This document shows, in pieces, positions 7,687 through 16,742 of a stretch of DNA of 64,000 nt. A program made the translations under genes and the position numbers. Source of the DNA: Euryarchaeota archaeon UBA462 (GTDB taxonomy: Archaea > Thermoplasmatota > Poseidoniia > Poseidoniales > Thalassarchaeaceae); the NCBI GenBank assembly GCA_002506755.1, contig DAYD01000021.1:29452-93451 (forward strand). The letters run 5' to 3'. Within the stretch, counting starts at the first letter, position 1. Every line of letters begins with the position of its first letter. The notes below the pieces were generated by a model. The model was not told the origin of the DNA and made no database searches. It saw nothing but the letters and a program-made list of their open reading frames with translations.

Positions 7687-10600
7687 AATTCCACGTGTCC
7701 GAACGACGCTCCATTCTTCTTAAGACCCGTACTTGCCGCCTAATAGATAGGATTGATACCGTGTGGCATGGAGAAGTAAGCTACAATAGTCCTAGCATCC
7801 TTCAAAAAAGAAGGTCTGCTATCACATTGGCATTCTTCATGGTTTCATCTACGGTCGCCGGTATTATGGCTGGAACCTATGGTGTTTTAGCGGACTTCAC
7901 TGACCAAGACAACGACGGTTTGCCCTATGGGATAGAATTTCTGATCAATACACAACCCCAAGACTGGGATACCGATAATGATGGACTCCCCGATGGATGG
8001 GAGTGGCAATACGGGCTAGACCCATTGTCATCAACAGGAGATGATGGGGCAATAGGGGACCCGGATCAAGATGGTTTGACCAACCTGAATGAATATCTGT
8101 ACGGCATTCCTTCAGGATGGGATGACCCTTCGACATCGAATCTTCTGGACAATGGGGTTTGGTGGAATGGAACCATTCCCGTATCAAATTGGGATGAGGA
8201 GAGTGCCATGCAGGTCATCCAAGGGTCGGGTTCGGATGGGGCAGACGAGGATCCCGCCGGGAACATTTGCACAGATACATTCGATAATGACCATGACGGT
8301 ATGGTGGACACTGACGATGACGATTTCGATGGTGATGCAGATTGCTCTTCTAATGATGATGATGGTGACGGTATCATTGATGAAGATCCCGATGGTTGGG
8401 ATACAGATGGTGACGGTATGCCAGATGGGTGGGAGGCTGCTAATGGGTTGGACCCTACCTCTAGCTCAAATCAAGACGGCACATATGGTGACCCAGATTC
8501 GGATGGTCTTGCAAATATCTACGAGTATGTTAATCCGGCTTGGGGGACTCGAAACGGATCTACCTTCCCCCCGACTCAATATTTCAGACCCGGTCCAATC
8601 AACCAGACTATTACCGAATCGCCATGCAACCCAGTTCTATCCCTAGGGCCGGGAGGTTGTGAAATTTTTACTGCAGAAGTAGACGGAATTACCCAGACTG
8701 ACCCACAGAACAATGACACAGATGGAGACGGACTTAATGATTCATTGGAGGGACTTATTCTACTAACTGATCCAACATCCCCTGATACGGATTCCGATGG
8801 CATATTGGATGGAGTTGAGGTTAACGGCACGTATGGGGACCCGCCCCAATCATCTGACCCAAGGAACAACAATACTGACGGAGATCATTTGGAAGATGGT
8901 GAAGAAGACCTTAACGGGAATGGTGTTGTTGATGAGGGGGAGACAGATCCAACAAGGATTGAGGACGATGGGGACTTCGATCAAGATGGCTTGCAAAACT
9001 GGTTCGAGAACAACTCCTGTACATTTTGGAATATTTCAGACTCCGATGGAGGGGGTATCTCTGATGGCGATGAGAGCTTCCCTCCTCGATCCGATCCATG
9101 TACTTCGATTTTCGAGCAATTCTTCACAATAGTTGATTGGGACCTCAGCAAGGAAACAATATCGCTTAATTCATCAGTTGGGATCGATCCAAGCCCTGAT
9201 TCTTGGAGAGGCCTTGCCCCAAACGCTCACTATCTCTCCCCAAATGGTACGAAAACTCCATTCAGGTACGGCTCATTAGATGGCCTCTTCATGCAAGGTG
9301 TGGATACTCCGCCCCCAGTGGACTCAGATACAATTTTGATCACAAACGGGTCATGGTGCTGGAACGCTACTGTGGGGGCTATCAACGATCCCTGGTGTGA
9401 TGATGACTACCTAGACTCCGATGGAGACGGTCTCGCTGACTGGGAGGAATTGACAGCAACTTGGGGTTTCATCTCGGATCCCACGATTGCTGATACAGAT
9501 GGTGATGGTGTGAATGATCTATCGGAGACACTGAACGGAACGGACCCCCGGGAGCCTTGTCATAACTTGCTGGATACGGATGGCGACGGACTAAACAATT
9601 ATTTCGAAAACACAACCGGATGCGATGTATTTTTCGGATTGGGGGAACTAGGGATAAATGGCGGTAATTTCACCAATGATGTTTGGTTCACACTTTGGAA
9701 TTCTGAGGATTCGGATAACGGGGGTGTTAGTGACTTTGAAGAATACCTTGACGGCACAAATCCACAGGATAATCCAGACGACGACATTAACCCCCTCGAT
9801 ACCGACGGCGATGGTATACCAGACTTCGTGGAGGATGAATTAGGAACGGACTGGAGAGATCCAGACTCTGACGGGGGAGGAGTACCAGATGGCGAGGAGT
9901 GCCCAGAGGATTTTTGGATTCTAAACTGCGTCGGCTCCCCGGGGGATCCTTTCAATCCAGTAGATGACATTCTAGAAAATTCACTGATGTTTACGGCAAC
10001 GAATACTTCTTCGGGAATGGACCCGACAATCACTCATTATTGGAGGTGGCACACATACGACCTCTATACTGGAGTTTCTTGGGGGGTTAATAGCTCCTTA
10101 CAGGGTGATACGATGATCACCCCGGAATTTTCTGCTGACGAAGACGTTGCAGACCAAACACTCTGGAACCATACAGGAACGCTATCTTGGGAGATATCCT
10201 TCGATGAAGCGGGATATATTGGCCCAGGGCAAGAGTTAATCCAGCCACATAATGTTGTGAACTACACTACTTGGACAGACGTTTCGGCAGGGTTGAATTT
10301 CTCCAATTACACAAGAGATGTAATGGTGGACACGGCCGTCATAGAGGCACTTTACGTCAATGCACCAGAAGTAATTTTGGGCACCGAAATAAGGGATAAT
10401 AGCACTGCTTTCTCCTCATCCGATTATGGCCTCGATCTGCCTGATATTTTTCTCGAGAACGGAGATTTCGTGGTTAATCTAACACAAAGAATCCTCGATC
10501 AGTCTGGAGCAATTTCGGCGTGGGACAAAGTGACTGCAATTCAAGACTTCATCATAAATGGGAATGATACGATCACTTTCCTAAGAAATCACGATGGTTC

Positions 10601-13600
10601 CGGAAGGACTGATGGAATTTGGAACGAGAGCGACGTCACACATTGGATACTAAACTCATCCCGGGAGGGTAGTTGCGATGAATTTACCAGCGTTTTCGTT
10701 ACGATGCTTAGGATTGCTGGCATCCCATCCAGAAAAGTGACCGGCTTTTCAGGAGGCACATGGGATGGGAAGGATTTCAATGTCTTCGGCAAGGACTTCA
10801 CAAGGTGGGCAGAAGTACACCTCCAAACAAACCAAAATCAAGGAGAATTAGACTTAGGATGGATACCATTCGAAGCTTGTCCTGAAGCTTCATCGATATC
10901 CGTCTCATTGGACTCTTGGGGACCTGAGTCGGTAGAAAGGAACACATCAATTTCCGATCAGATATGGATGGATGGACAGCTTCTTTTCCTGGATAACTCT
11001 TCTGCTGCTGGCAATATCTCGATCTCCCTATACTTGGTCGATCCTTCGCAGGTCGAGCAGGTGCCCGGAAGCGCAGCTATCCCCAACCACTTAGTGGCCT
11101 CCACGACTACTGACTCGAATGGGTCATTCAACCTAACTGGGCTTCCAGATCAGATTATACAACCGGGCCTAGGGACATTGGTTTTGTTGACCGAAGAGAA
11201 AGGTTACGTCGCTTCTCAAGGAATTTCCCAATTCCTAGACCAATCTATCCTGGCAAATTTTCTGTGGTCAATGAATATTTCAGACGATGTGTCTATCTCA
11301 ATATTCTCCCCAAGTCCGGTTGAGAAACCAATGTTGGGAATTGGCGTTAATTCCACACTATCGGGTTATCTTTCTTGGGCGAGCTCCCCTGACTTGGATC
11401 CTTCACTTGTGGATACTTTACAAGTTATCTTGAATTATTCCTCTGCAATTAATGGCGAGGTGTCAATATCCTCGGATATTTCAGGAGGGGGATATTTCGA
11501 ATTCACAGTACCAATAGAAGAGTCAGAGCCTTTGGGGTACATAGGGGCTGCGATCACCTTTTCGGGCTGGCATTTGAATGACCTCAACAACGCTTCTAGC
11601 CCAGAGTATCACGTTAGACCAACATCATATCAATTCCAATTTAATATTACACTTTCACCGAATATTACTTTGGCAATTGAGGCACAGGGAGGAAATAATT
11701 CCATTCTTGAGATTGACGACAACATCTACCTGAATGGTACTGTATTAAGCCGAGGCCCATCACCTTCGGCACTCAATGGGACAATGAGTTTGGAAATGAG
11801 GAGGCAGGACTTATCAGGACCATTTCAGGAAATTAAATCTTGGTACCTAAATGAATCATCATGGGGCTCATCCCCGGGGAATTTCTCCATCACATGGTTA
11901 TTTGCTTCCTCTGAAGTTCCGCTTCCCGCTGGTCCAGTTGAGATAAGAGTAATTTTCGATGCAGATGGAATTAACGCAAATGACCAAGAAATTTTCACGG
12001 ACACACATGGAATTCGGAGTATCATCGTCTTTGACTACGAAATCCCAGTCGCTATTAGGGGAAGATCTCACGATACTGATGTTTTCTTAACAGACCACAC
12101 TGGATCTGCGTTTGCCTCGTTTGAGGGGGAATACGTGCTAACTTTCGATGGCTCCGCAGTATGGAACACGACAGATCCGGATACAGGCAGAGTCACTGCG
12201 AGCTTTGTCCCTCAGTCTGACATTACGCCCGGGGACTACACTTGGGAACTGACTTTTGGAGGCTCCACATGGTTGTCAACCAATTCTACGAGTGAAACAA
12301 TTAGAGTCAAGGGATTGGCTAATGCCTCAGCCATCTTGGGAGCGGATTGGACTCCGAGAGGGACTACCAATTGGGTGTCAGGATTCGCAAACGACATGGT
12401 GCTGGGAACACCCATTACTGGGAATAACACGTCGGTATCGGCATTCCTCAAAGTTCCCTCGGAGCTACCCCTAACCCCGGGTGGATTCCCTGCCCCTCCC
12501 AGTTTATTTTCGCTCGCGTCAGGATGGGTTGACCCAACAGATGGAAGCTACAATCTCTCGTTCGAGATTCCACCAGGAATTCCCTCTGATGTTTATGAAG
12601 TAGAAATAAGGCTAGACTTTACAGAAAATCCACCGGGAGGAGATCCATTTTACAATCCCGGAGAATATACAATCAAACCAGCGGGAATACAAACTGAATT
12701 TGTAGTCCAGGCAGATCCCTCAGCAATTATTCTGCTTGCCGGAGAACAACTTACTCTGAATTCTAACGTCACAGACGTTGAGGATAGCTCAAGACTAATC
12801 GAAGGAGCCCAAATTCAATTGTATTTCGACTGGGGGGGCCCACTTGAAGAAATTCTTCAGAGTGGGGTAACGGATGCAAGTGGTGAGTTCTCATTCGATC
12901 CGGTCATTTCTGCAACCACGCCTCCTGGATTTTATGACGTTAGAATAGTCGTACTGGACGATTTAACTGACAATCTATCAGTAGAAAACGCAGGCAGATG
13001 GTTAGGGAATCATACAACTGTGAACCTAACCGTTCAAGTCGACAGCACTGTTCAGATAAGCTCAATCCCTGCTCAGGTCACCGCTTTGCAGTCATTCGTA
13101 ATCGAAGGGACTGTCTTGGATTCTGCGGATTCGAGCAGAGTTATCGAGGGGCCTGTGGGAATCAATGTTTTCTTCCTTGACGAGCCAGACGAGCTATTAG
13201 TGGAAAATCACACCACAAATTCTACAGGGTTTTTCAGTGTATTAGTGCCAACCGACACCCTAGGAAACGGTGTTATCAGAGGGGTCAGAACCGTGGTCGT
13301 GAGCGTCGTAAACGGATCAACACCGTTCTACCTAACCGGCACGGGCGATGCCCCCATTCTGGTTATGGGTGTGTCTCAGTTTGTAGACTCAAACCCCTTT
13401 ATCAACACAATAGTGGAAAGGGGGGATAGCGCAATAATGACTACAAGGCTTGTGGAATTCAGCAATAACGAGGAACCCTTATCCGGATTCACAATTCAAG
13501 CGAAATTCCACGAAACGTGGCTTAATCCCGACTCCACAGCTACAGATGGAAGCATTGCATTCGAGTTTGAGGTGCCTCACGACCACCCCTTGGGCCTGGT

Positions 13601-16600
13601 CAACGTCACATTTTTCTTCAACGGTTCAGGTGACCTCAATCCTGCAGTCAAGATCCTAAGCACTATTACGATACGATCCTCGACTACGATGGTTATCGAT
13701 CAAATCTCATCCAATCCACTCCCTGGAGAATTCTTCAATGTCACGGGATCTTTGACCTCTAGCAACGGTACAGGTTTAACGGACAGGTCAGGCAATGCAC
13801 TGAACCCGTCACTAACATTCACGATCAACGGTGACCCTGACAACTTCACAGTTTCAAATGTGGCATTTGACTCCGATGGCACCTGGGTAGCACAATTGAG
13901 GCTTGACTTGTCCTTTTCCCGAGGGACTCATTTCCTAGGGGTCGAATTTACTCCCTTGGTGAATTATTTCTCTTCTGCATCTGGATCCGAGATCTTTGAT
14001 AGCAGAGGTTTCTCCTTACTTACTATTGATAATCCAGATGATCTAGATCCAGACGCTAGGACTGTGAGGGGCGAAGAGTTTGAAATCAACCTATCTTTGG
14101 TGGACAATTCAGGTAATCCGGTCGAATCCGCTACCGTAGTTGTAAAGGTAGACGGAATTACGGCTTGGGGGGGAATTACGGATTCACTGGGCAAGGCTTC
14201 AGCATCAATACTTGTGAGGGAGGACAGGCCCCCGGGTCCGATATTTGTTAATGCTTCATTTGCTGGGGTTAATGGCTCTACTGGACTTATTGGGGACGAA
14301 ACTTGGACAAGAGTAATTGTTCTAGCTCCCAGTGTGCTGGTTCTAGAATCAGCTTCCGTACCCTCGATTGCAGGAAGATCTGTGACTTTTACCGGATCCT
14401 TGCTGGATGAAAGGGGAAGTTCTCTGGAGGCAGAGGGGTCCCCTCTTGGAGGCCTAATCAGACTCAGTATAAATGGCATTGATGTCGGCCCTTCCTACAC
14501 CACAGTTTCAAATTCTACTTCCGGAAGATGGGCAATCATATACCAGGTTCCCTCGGATATGTTGTTTGGCACTCACTCTGCTAGAGTTGACTTCCTCGGG
14601 GGCTATTCCTGGGTGGATCCAATGGGTCAGGGCGACTCGATTAATCCCGAGTACTATCTTCCCTCATCCGATACGTTAAGTTTTGATGTCACTCAGCCCT
14701 CTCAATTGGTAATCTCAACACCTCCTGGAGAGATAGACAGAACTGAAGTTGCATCAATAGAGGGAGTCCTGACGGATGGCGTTGGAAGGGCGATAGCCGG
14801 CAGGGAATTGTCTCTGAAAGTTAGCGATGAGCAGCTAACAACACTGACAACAGAATCCAATGGATCTTTCGTAGGCTATGTGGCTATTGCTCCAGACATG
14901 CAACTTGGACCATTGTTTATTGAAATCGAGTTCCTTGGGGAAGAATTCATTCTCCCGTCTAACTCAACATTATTTCTGACGGTCTTTTCTCCTGTCTTCA
15001 TTTCCATAGAAGAGTCACAACCCGTGGCAGCTGGTGACGATTTCACCATTTCTGGAAGGGTTAAGGACAATCTAGAGGAGGGGTGGCTAGAAGATCAGAC
15101 CTTGGAGATCTTCGTTGATGACATTTTAGTCGGAATCACCAGGTCAACCCTAAACGGGTCTTGGTCGCTTCAGTGGACAGTTCCCGAATCAATGGAGATT
15201 GGCAATCATTCCATTTCAGTTGTTTCCCCGTCTCAGGGTTTCTATCGTCAGGCCAATTCAATATCACAATTCACTGTATCTTATCACACTGAGATTTCTA
15301 TTCAAGTTGAGCAACTATATTCTACGAGGGGCGGCAATTGGAACCTCAGTGGCAGATTATTCGAGTCAGATACTGGATTTCAATCGGGTTTGGAAGGAAG
15401 GGAAATTTCTGTACTCATGGATGGGAAGTCAGTAGGAGTTGTGACTACAGGTGAAGGTGGACTATTCGATTTCGAACAAAGGGTTCGATATTCTCTTAGC
15501 AGAGGGGCTCATAATATTTCTTTCCAATTCGGGGGCGAGTTCCTTTACCTCCCATCACAATCGACTCAGACTGTCTTTGCTCTCTCAGACATAGTGATTG
15601 AGGTTCAACCAATAAGCAATACAATCGTGAGGGGTGACCCTTCCGTATCCAATTCCATCTTAATTCAGGGGCTCATTAGGGAAGTAGGGGGCGATTCCGC
15701 TATCTTCGGAAATGTTTCTTTGGAGCTACTCTGGGGAGAATCTCCTCTGCCGATTACGCCCGGTCCTTGGGACAATCCAAACACGATGAACTTCCAAATT
15801 AGAGCAAAGGCGCAGGAGTATATGAAACCCGGAGTGAACACTGTGACAATATTGGCGCAGGCAGATCAGGGCAGATTCCTGAACGGTGCCTCAAAGGATG
15901 TAGAAATTCTGGTCATGGTGGAAGTAGATTTCGTTCTTTCTGATATAGATCTGTTAGATGGGCAAAGGGTAATCAGAGGGACAGTAAATATCACTGCTAA
16001 AGATACTGGCGAGCCATTGGAGGGCGTTTCCATGACTGCAGTTCTTCTCAACGGTAGCACGTCTCACTTCTCATTGTCCAAGCTTACAGGGGCAGACGGA
16101 GTATTCGACTACGAATTCAAGTCTCTTGCTCCGTTACCCCCTCTCTCAGACATCTCATCATGGGGTAGGCTTAGTGTGATGATCGGATCTGACTCGGAAT
16201 TCATTCCATCAAGCAGCCTTGCCCTACTGCCACCGGGTGGTGTTGTTGTTCAATACGAGGATCAAGAACCCAAGTCATTACTTGGATCGCTCGGTTATGC
16301 TGCGGTTGTGGTTATTGGCATAATAATGGGCGTTGCGCTTGGGGCTATGTTTCTCAATACTAGGAAGAAGACGGCAATAAAGGAGCTATCCAACGTCTTC
16401 AACCAGACGGCAGAGATGCTTGCTTCAGGTGATGAGTACAGGAAAGCGATCTTCCAATGCTACCAGAACCTATGCTCTGTGTTGATGAAAAGGGGATTCC
16501 TGAGGAGAAATTTCGAAACAGTTAGAGAGTTCGAATCTGCAATTAGGCAGGCCCTTCCAATTAGCGAGGCTTCCCTAGTTTCACTGGATAGAATCTTTGA

Positions 16601-16742
16601 GGAGGCAAGGTATTCAAGCCATGTTCTTGGTGATTCGCATAGGGATAATTCACAACTTGCCCTATCCCAAGTAATTCAAGAAATCGAGGGACTAGAGGAA
16701 ATACCCGTCAGAGGTCCTATTCAGTTTGAGCCCGAGGAGTAA
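7683..16742 (+). CDS. giant (3019 aa) transglutaminase-like membrane protein: N-terminal TM, TSP3-like Ca-binding repeats, transglutaminase-like core, many Ig/CarboxypepD_reg-like repeats, TM, DUF4129-like cytoplasmic tail
   Basis: Single uninterrupted 9-kb ORF. The start is uncertain: TTG at 7683 overlaps the upstream stop in ATTTGA, GTG at 7761 is an alternative, and there is no ATG before the TM helix AITLAFFMVSSTVAGIMAGTYGVLA. Domain evidence is given in the sub-features. Confidence 0.8.
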   Translation: MKFHVSERRSILLKTRTCRLIDRIDTVWHGEVSYNSPSILQKRRSAITLAFFMVSSTVAGIMAGTYGVLADFTDQDNDGLPYGIEFLINTQPQDWDTDNDGLPDGWEWQYGLDPLSSTGDDGAIGDPDQDGLTNLNEYLYGIPSGWDDPSTSNLLDNGVWWNGTIPVSNWDEESAMQVIQGSGSDGADEDPAGNICTDTFDNDHDGMVDTDDDDFDGDADCSSNDDDGDGIIDEDPDGWDTDGDGMPDGWEAANGLDPTSSSNQDGTYGDPDSDGLANIYEYVNPAWGTRNGSTFPPTQYFRPGPINQTITESPCNPVLSLGPGGCEIFTAEVDGITQTDPQNNDTDGDGLNDSLEGLILLTDPTSPDTDSDGILDGVEVNGTYGDPPQSSDPRNNNTDGDHLEDGEEDLNGNGVVDEGETDPTRIEDDGDFDQDGLQNWFENNSCTFWNISDSDGGGISDGDESFPPRSDPCTSIFEQFFTIVDWDLSKETISLNSSVGIDPSPDSWRGLAPNAHYLSPNGTKTPFRYGSLDGLFMQGVDTPPPVDSDTILITNGSWCWNATVGAINDPWCDDDYLDSDGDGLADWEELTATWGFISDPTIADTDGDGVNDLSETLNGTDPREPCHNLLDTDGDGLNNYFENTTGCDVFFGLGELGINGGNFTNDVWFTLWNSEDSDNGGVSDFEEYLDGTNPQDNPDDDINPLDTDGDGIPDFVEDELGTDWRDPDSDGGGVPDGEECPEDFWILNCVGSPGDPFNPVDDILENSLMFTATNTSSGMDPTITHYWRWHTYDLYTGVSWGVNSSLQGDTMITPEFSADEDVADQTLWNHTGTLSWEISFDEAGYIGPGQELIQPHNVVNYTTWTDVSAGLNFSNYTRDVMVDTAVIEALYVNAPEVILGTEIRDNSTAFSSSDYGLDLPDIFLENGDFVVNLTQRILDQSGAISAWDKVTAIQDFIINGNDTITFLRNHDGSGRTDGIWNESDVTHWILNSSREGSCDEFTSVFVTMLRIAGIPSRKVTGFSGGTWDGKDFNVFGKDFTRWAEVHLQTNQNQGELDLGWIPFEACPEASSISVSLDSWGPESVERNTSISDQIWMDGQLLFLDNSSAAGNISISLYLVDPSQVEQVPGSAAIPNHLVASTTTDSNGSFNLTGLPDQIIQPGLGTLVLLTEEKGYVASQGISQFLDQSILANFLWSMNISDDVSISIFSPSPVEKPMLGIGVNSTLSGYLSWASSPDLDPSLVDTLQVILNYSSAINGEVSISSDISGGGYFEFTVPIEESEPLGYIGAAITFSGWHLNDLNNASSPEYHVRPTSYQFQFNITLSPNITLAIEAQGGNNSILEIDDNIYLNGTVLSRGPSPSALNGTMSLEMRRQDLSGPFQEIKSWYLNESSWGSSPGNFSITWLFASSEVPLPAGPVEIRVIFDADGINANDQEIFTDTHGIRSIIVFDYEIPVAIRGRSHDTDVFLTDHTGSAFASFEGEYVLTFDGSAVWNTTDPDTGRVTASFVPQSDITPGDYTWELTFGGSTWLSTNSTSETIRVKGLANASAILGADWTPRGTTNWVSGFANDMVLGTPITGNNTSVSAFLKVPSELPLTPGGFPAPPSLFSLASGWVDPTDGSYNLSFEIPPGIPSDVYEVEIRLDFTENPPGGDPFYNPGEYTIKPAGIQTEFVVQADPSAIILLAGEQLTLNSNVTDVEDSSRLIEGAQIQLYFDWGGPLEEILQSGVTDASGEFSFDPVISATTPPGFYDVRIVVLDDLTDNLSVENAGRWLGNHTTVNLTVQVDSTVQISSIPAQVTALQSFVIEGTVLDSADSSRVIEGPVGINVFFLDEPDELLVENHTTNSTGFFSVLVPTDTLGNGVIRGVRTVVVSVVNGSTPFYLTGTGDAPILVMGVSQFVDSNPFINTIVERGDSAIMTTRLVEFSNNEEPLSGFTIQAKFHETWLNPDSTATDGSIAFEFEVPHDHPLGLVNVTFFFNGSGDLNPAVKILSTITIRSSTTMVIDQISSNPLPGEFFNVTGSLTSSNGTGLTDRSGNALNPSLTFTINGDPDNFTVSNVAFDSDGTWVAQLRLDLSFSRGTHFLGVEFTPLVNYFSSASGSEIFDSRGFSLLTIDNPDDLDPDARTVRGEEFEINLSLVDNSGNPVESATVVVKVDGITAWGGITDSLGKASASILVREDRPPGPIFVNASFAGVNGSTGLIGDETWTRVIVLAPSVLVLESASVPSIAGRSVTFTGSLLDERGSSLEAEGSPLGGLIRLSINGIDVGPSYTTVSNSTSGRWAIIYQVPSDMLFGTHSARVDFLGGYSWVDPMGQGDSINPEYYLPSSDTLSFDVTQPSQLVISTPPGEIDRTEVASIEGVLTDGVGRAIAGRELSLKVSDEQLTTLTTESNGSFVGYVAIAPDMQLGPLFIEIEFLGEEFILPSNSTLFLTVFSPVFISIEESQPVAAGDDFTISGRVKDNLEEGWLEDQTLEIFVDDILVGITRSTLNGSWSLQWTVPESMEIGNHSISVVSPSQGFYRQANSISQFTVSYHTEISIQVEQLYSTRGGNWNLSGRLFESDTGFQSGLEGREISVLMDGKSVGVVTTGEGGLFDFEQRVRYSLSRGAHNISFQFGGEFLYLPSQSTQTVFALSDIVIEVQPISNTIVRGDPSVSNSILIQGLIREVGGDSAIFGNVSLELLWGESPLPITPGPWDNPNTMNFQIRAKAQEYMKPGVNTVTILAQADQGRFLNGASKDVEILVMVEVDFVLSDIDLLDGQRVIRGTVNITAKDTGEPLEGVSMTAVLLNGSTSHFSLSKLTGADGVFDYEFKSLAPLPPLSDISSWGRLSVMIGSDSEFIPSSSLALLPPGGVVVQYEDQEPKSLLGSLGYAAVVVIGIIMGVALGAMFLNTRKKTAIKELSNVFNQTAEMLASGDEYRKAIFQCYQNLCSVLMKRGFLRRNFETVREFESAIRQALPISEASLVSLDRIFEEARYSSHVLGDSHRDNSQLALSQVIQEIEGLEEIPVRGPIQFEPEE
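7899..9900 (+). repeat. array of thrombospondin type-3-like Asp-rich calcium-binding repeats (DxDxDGxxDxxE, several as DGxPDGWExxxGLDP)
   Basis: Examples are DQDNDGLPYGIE, DTDNDGLPDGWEWQYGLDP, DPDQDGLTNLNEY, DTDGDGMPDGWEAANGLDP (8400-8456), DPDSDGLANIYEY, DTDGDGLNDSLE, DTDSDGILDGVE, DSDGDGLADWEE, DTDGDGVNDLSE, DTDGDGLNNYFE and DTDGDGIPDFVE. Confidence 0.8.
10635..10880 (+). other. transglutaminase-like (papain-fold) core domain inside the 3019-aa ORF
   Basis: REGSCDEFTSVFVTMLRIAGIPSRKVTGF matches the G-x-C-x-x-F-A and R-x-x-GIPAR-x-V-x-G signature. It is followed by FTRWAEVHL and GWIPFEACP where HAWxEVY and GWxxxDPT are expected. Confidence 0.7.
16290..16650 (+). other. C-terminal TM helix plus DUF4129-like cytoplasmic domain of the 3019-aa ORF
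   Basis: TM helix LGYAAVVVIGIIMGVALGAMFL. It is followed by YRKAIFQCYQNLCSVLMKRGFLRRNFETVREFESAIRQALP and LDRIFEEARYSSH. This pattern occurs at the C-terminus of TgpA-type transglutaminase membrane proteins. Confidence 0.6.

Noticed and set aside
8280-8440. Asp-codon-rich stretch (GATGATGATGGTGAC...) as a microsatellite or tandem DNA repeat
   Set aside because: It is in-frame coding sequence for DTDDDDFDGDADCSSNDDDGDGIIDEDPDG. The periodicity is at the codon and motif level, not a clean nucleotide tandem repeat.
8066-14479. Antisense or out-of-frame ORFs inside the 3019-aa gene (for example 8066..8377, 8089..8646, 9599..10033, 13964..14479)
   Set aside because: These are Ser/Pro-rich translations typical of the complement of GAT/GAC/GGT-rich coding sequence. 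All are nested in a 9-kb ORF with clear domain content. The same reasoning rejects 36284..36760, 51444..51917, 45352..45864, 27809..28219, 25783..26262 and 27292..27816.
4548-16742. tRNA-Leu as the attachment site of a genomic island carrying the giant genes
   Set aside because: The giants lie on the 5' side of the tRNA, not its 3' side. I saw no integrase, no recombinase and no direct repeat of the tRNA 3' end. The flanking genes are housekeeping.
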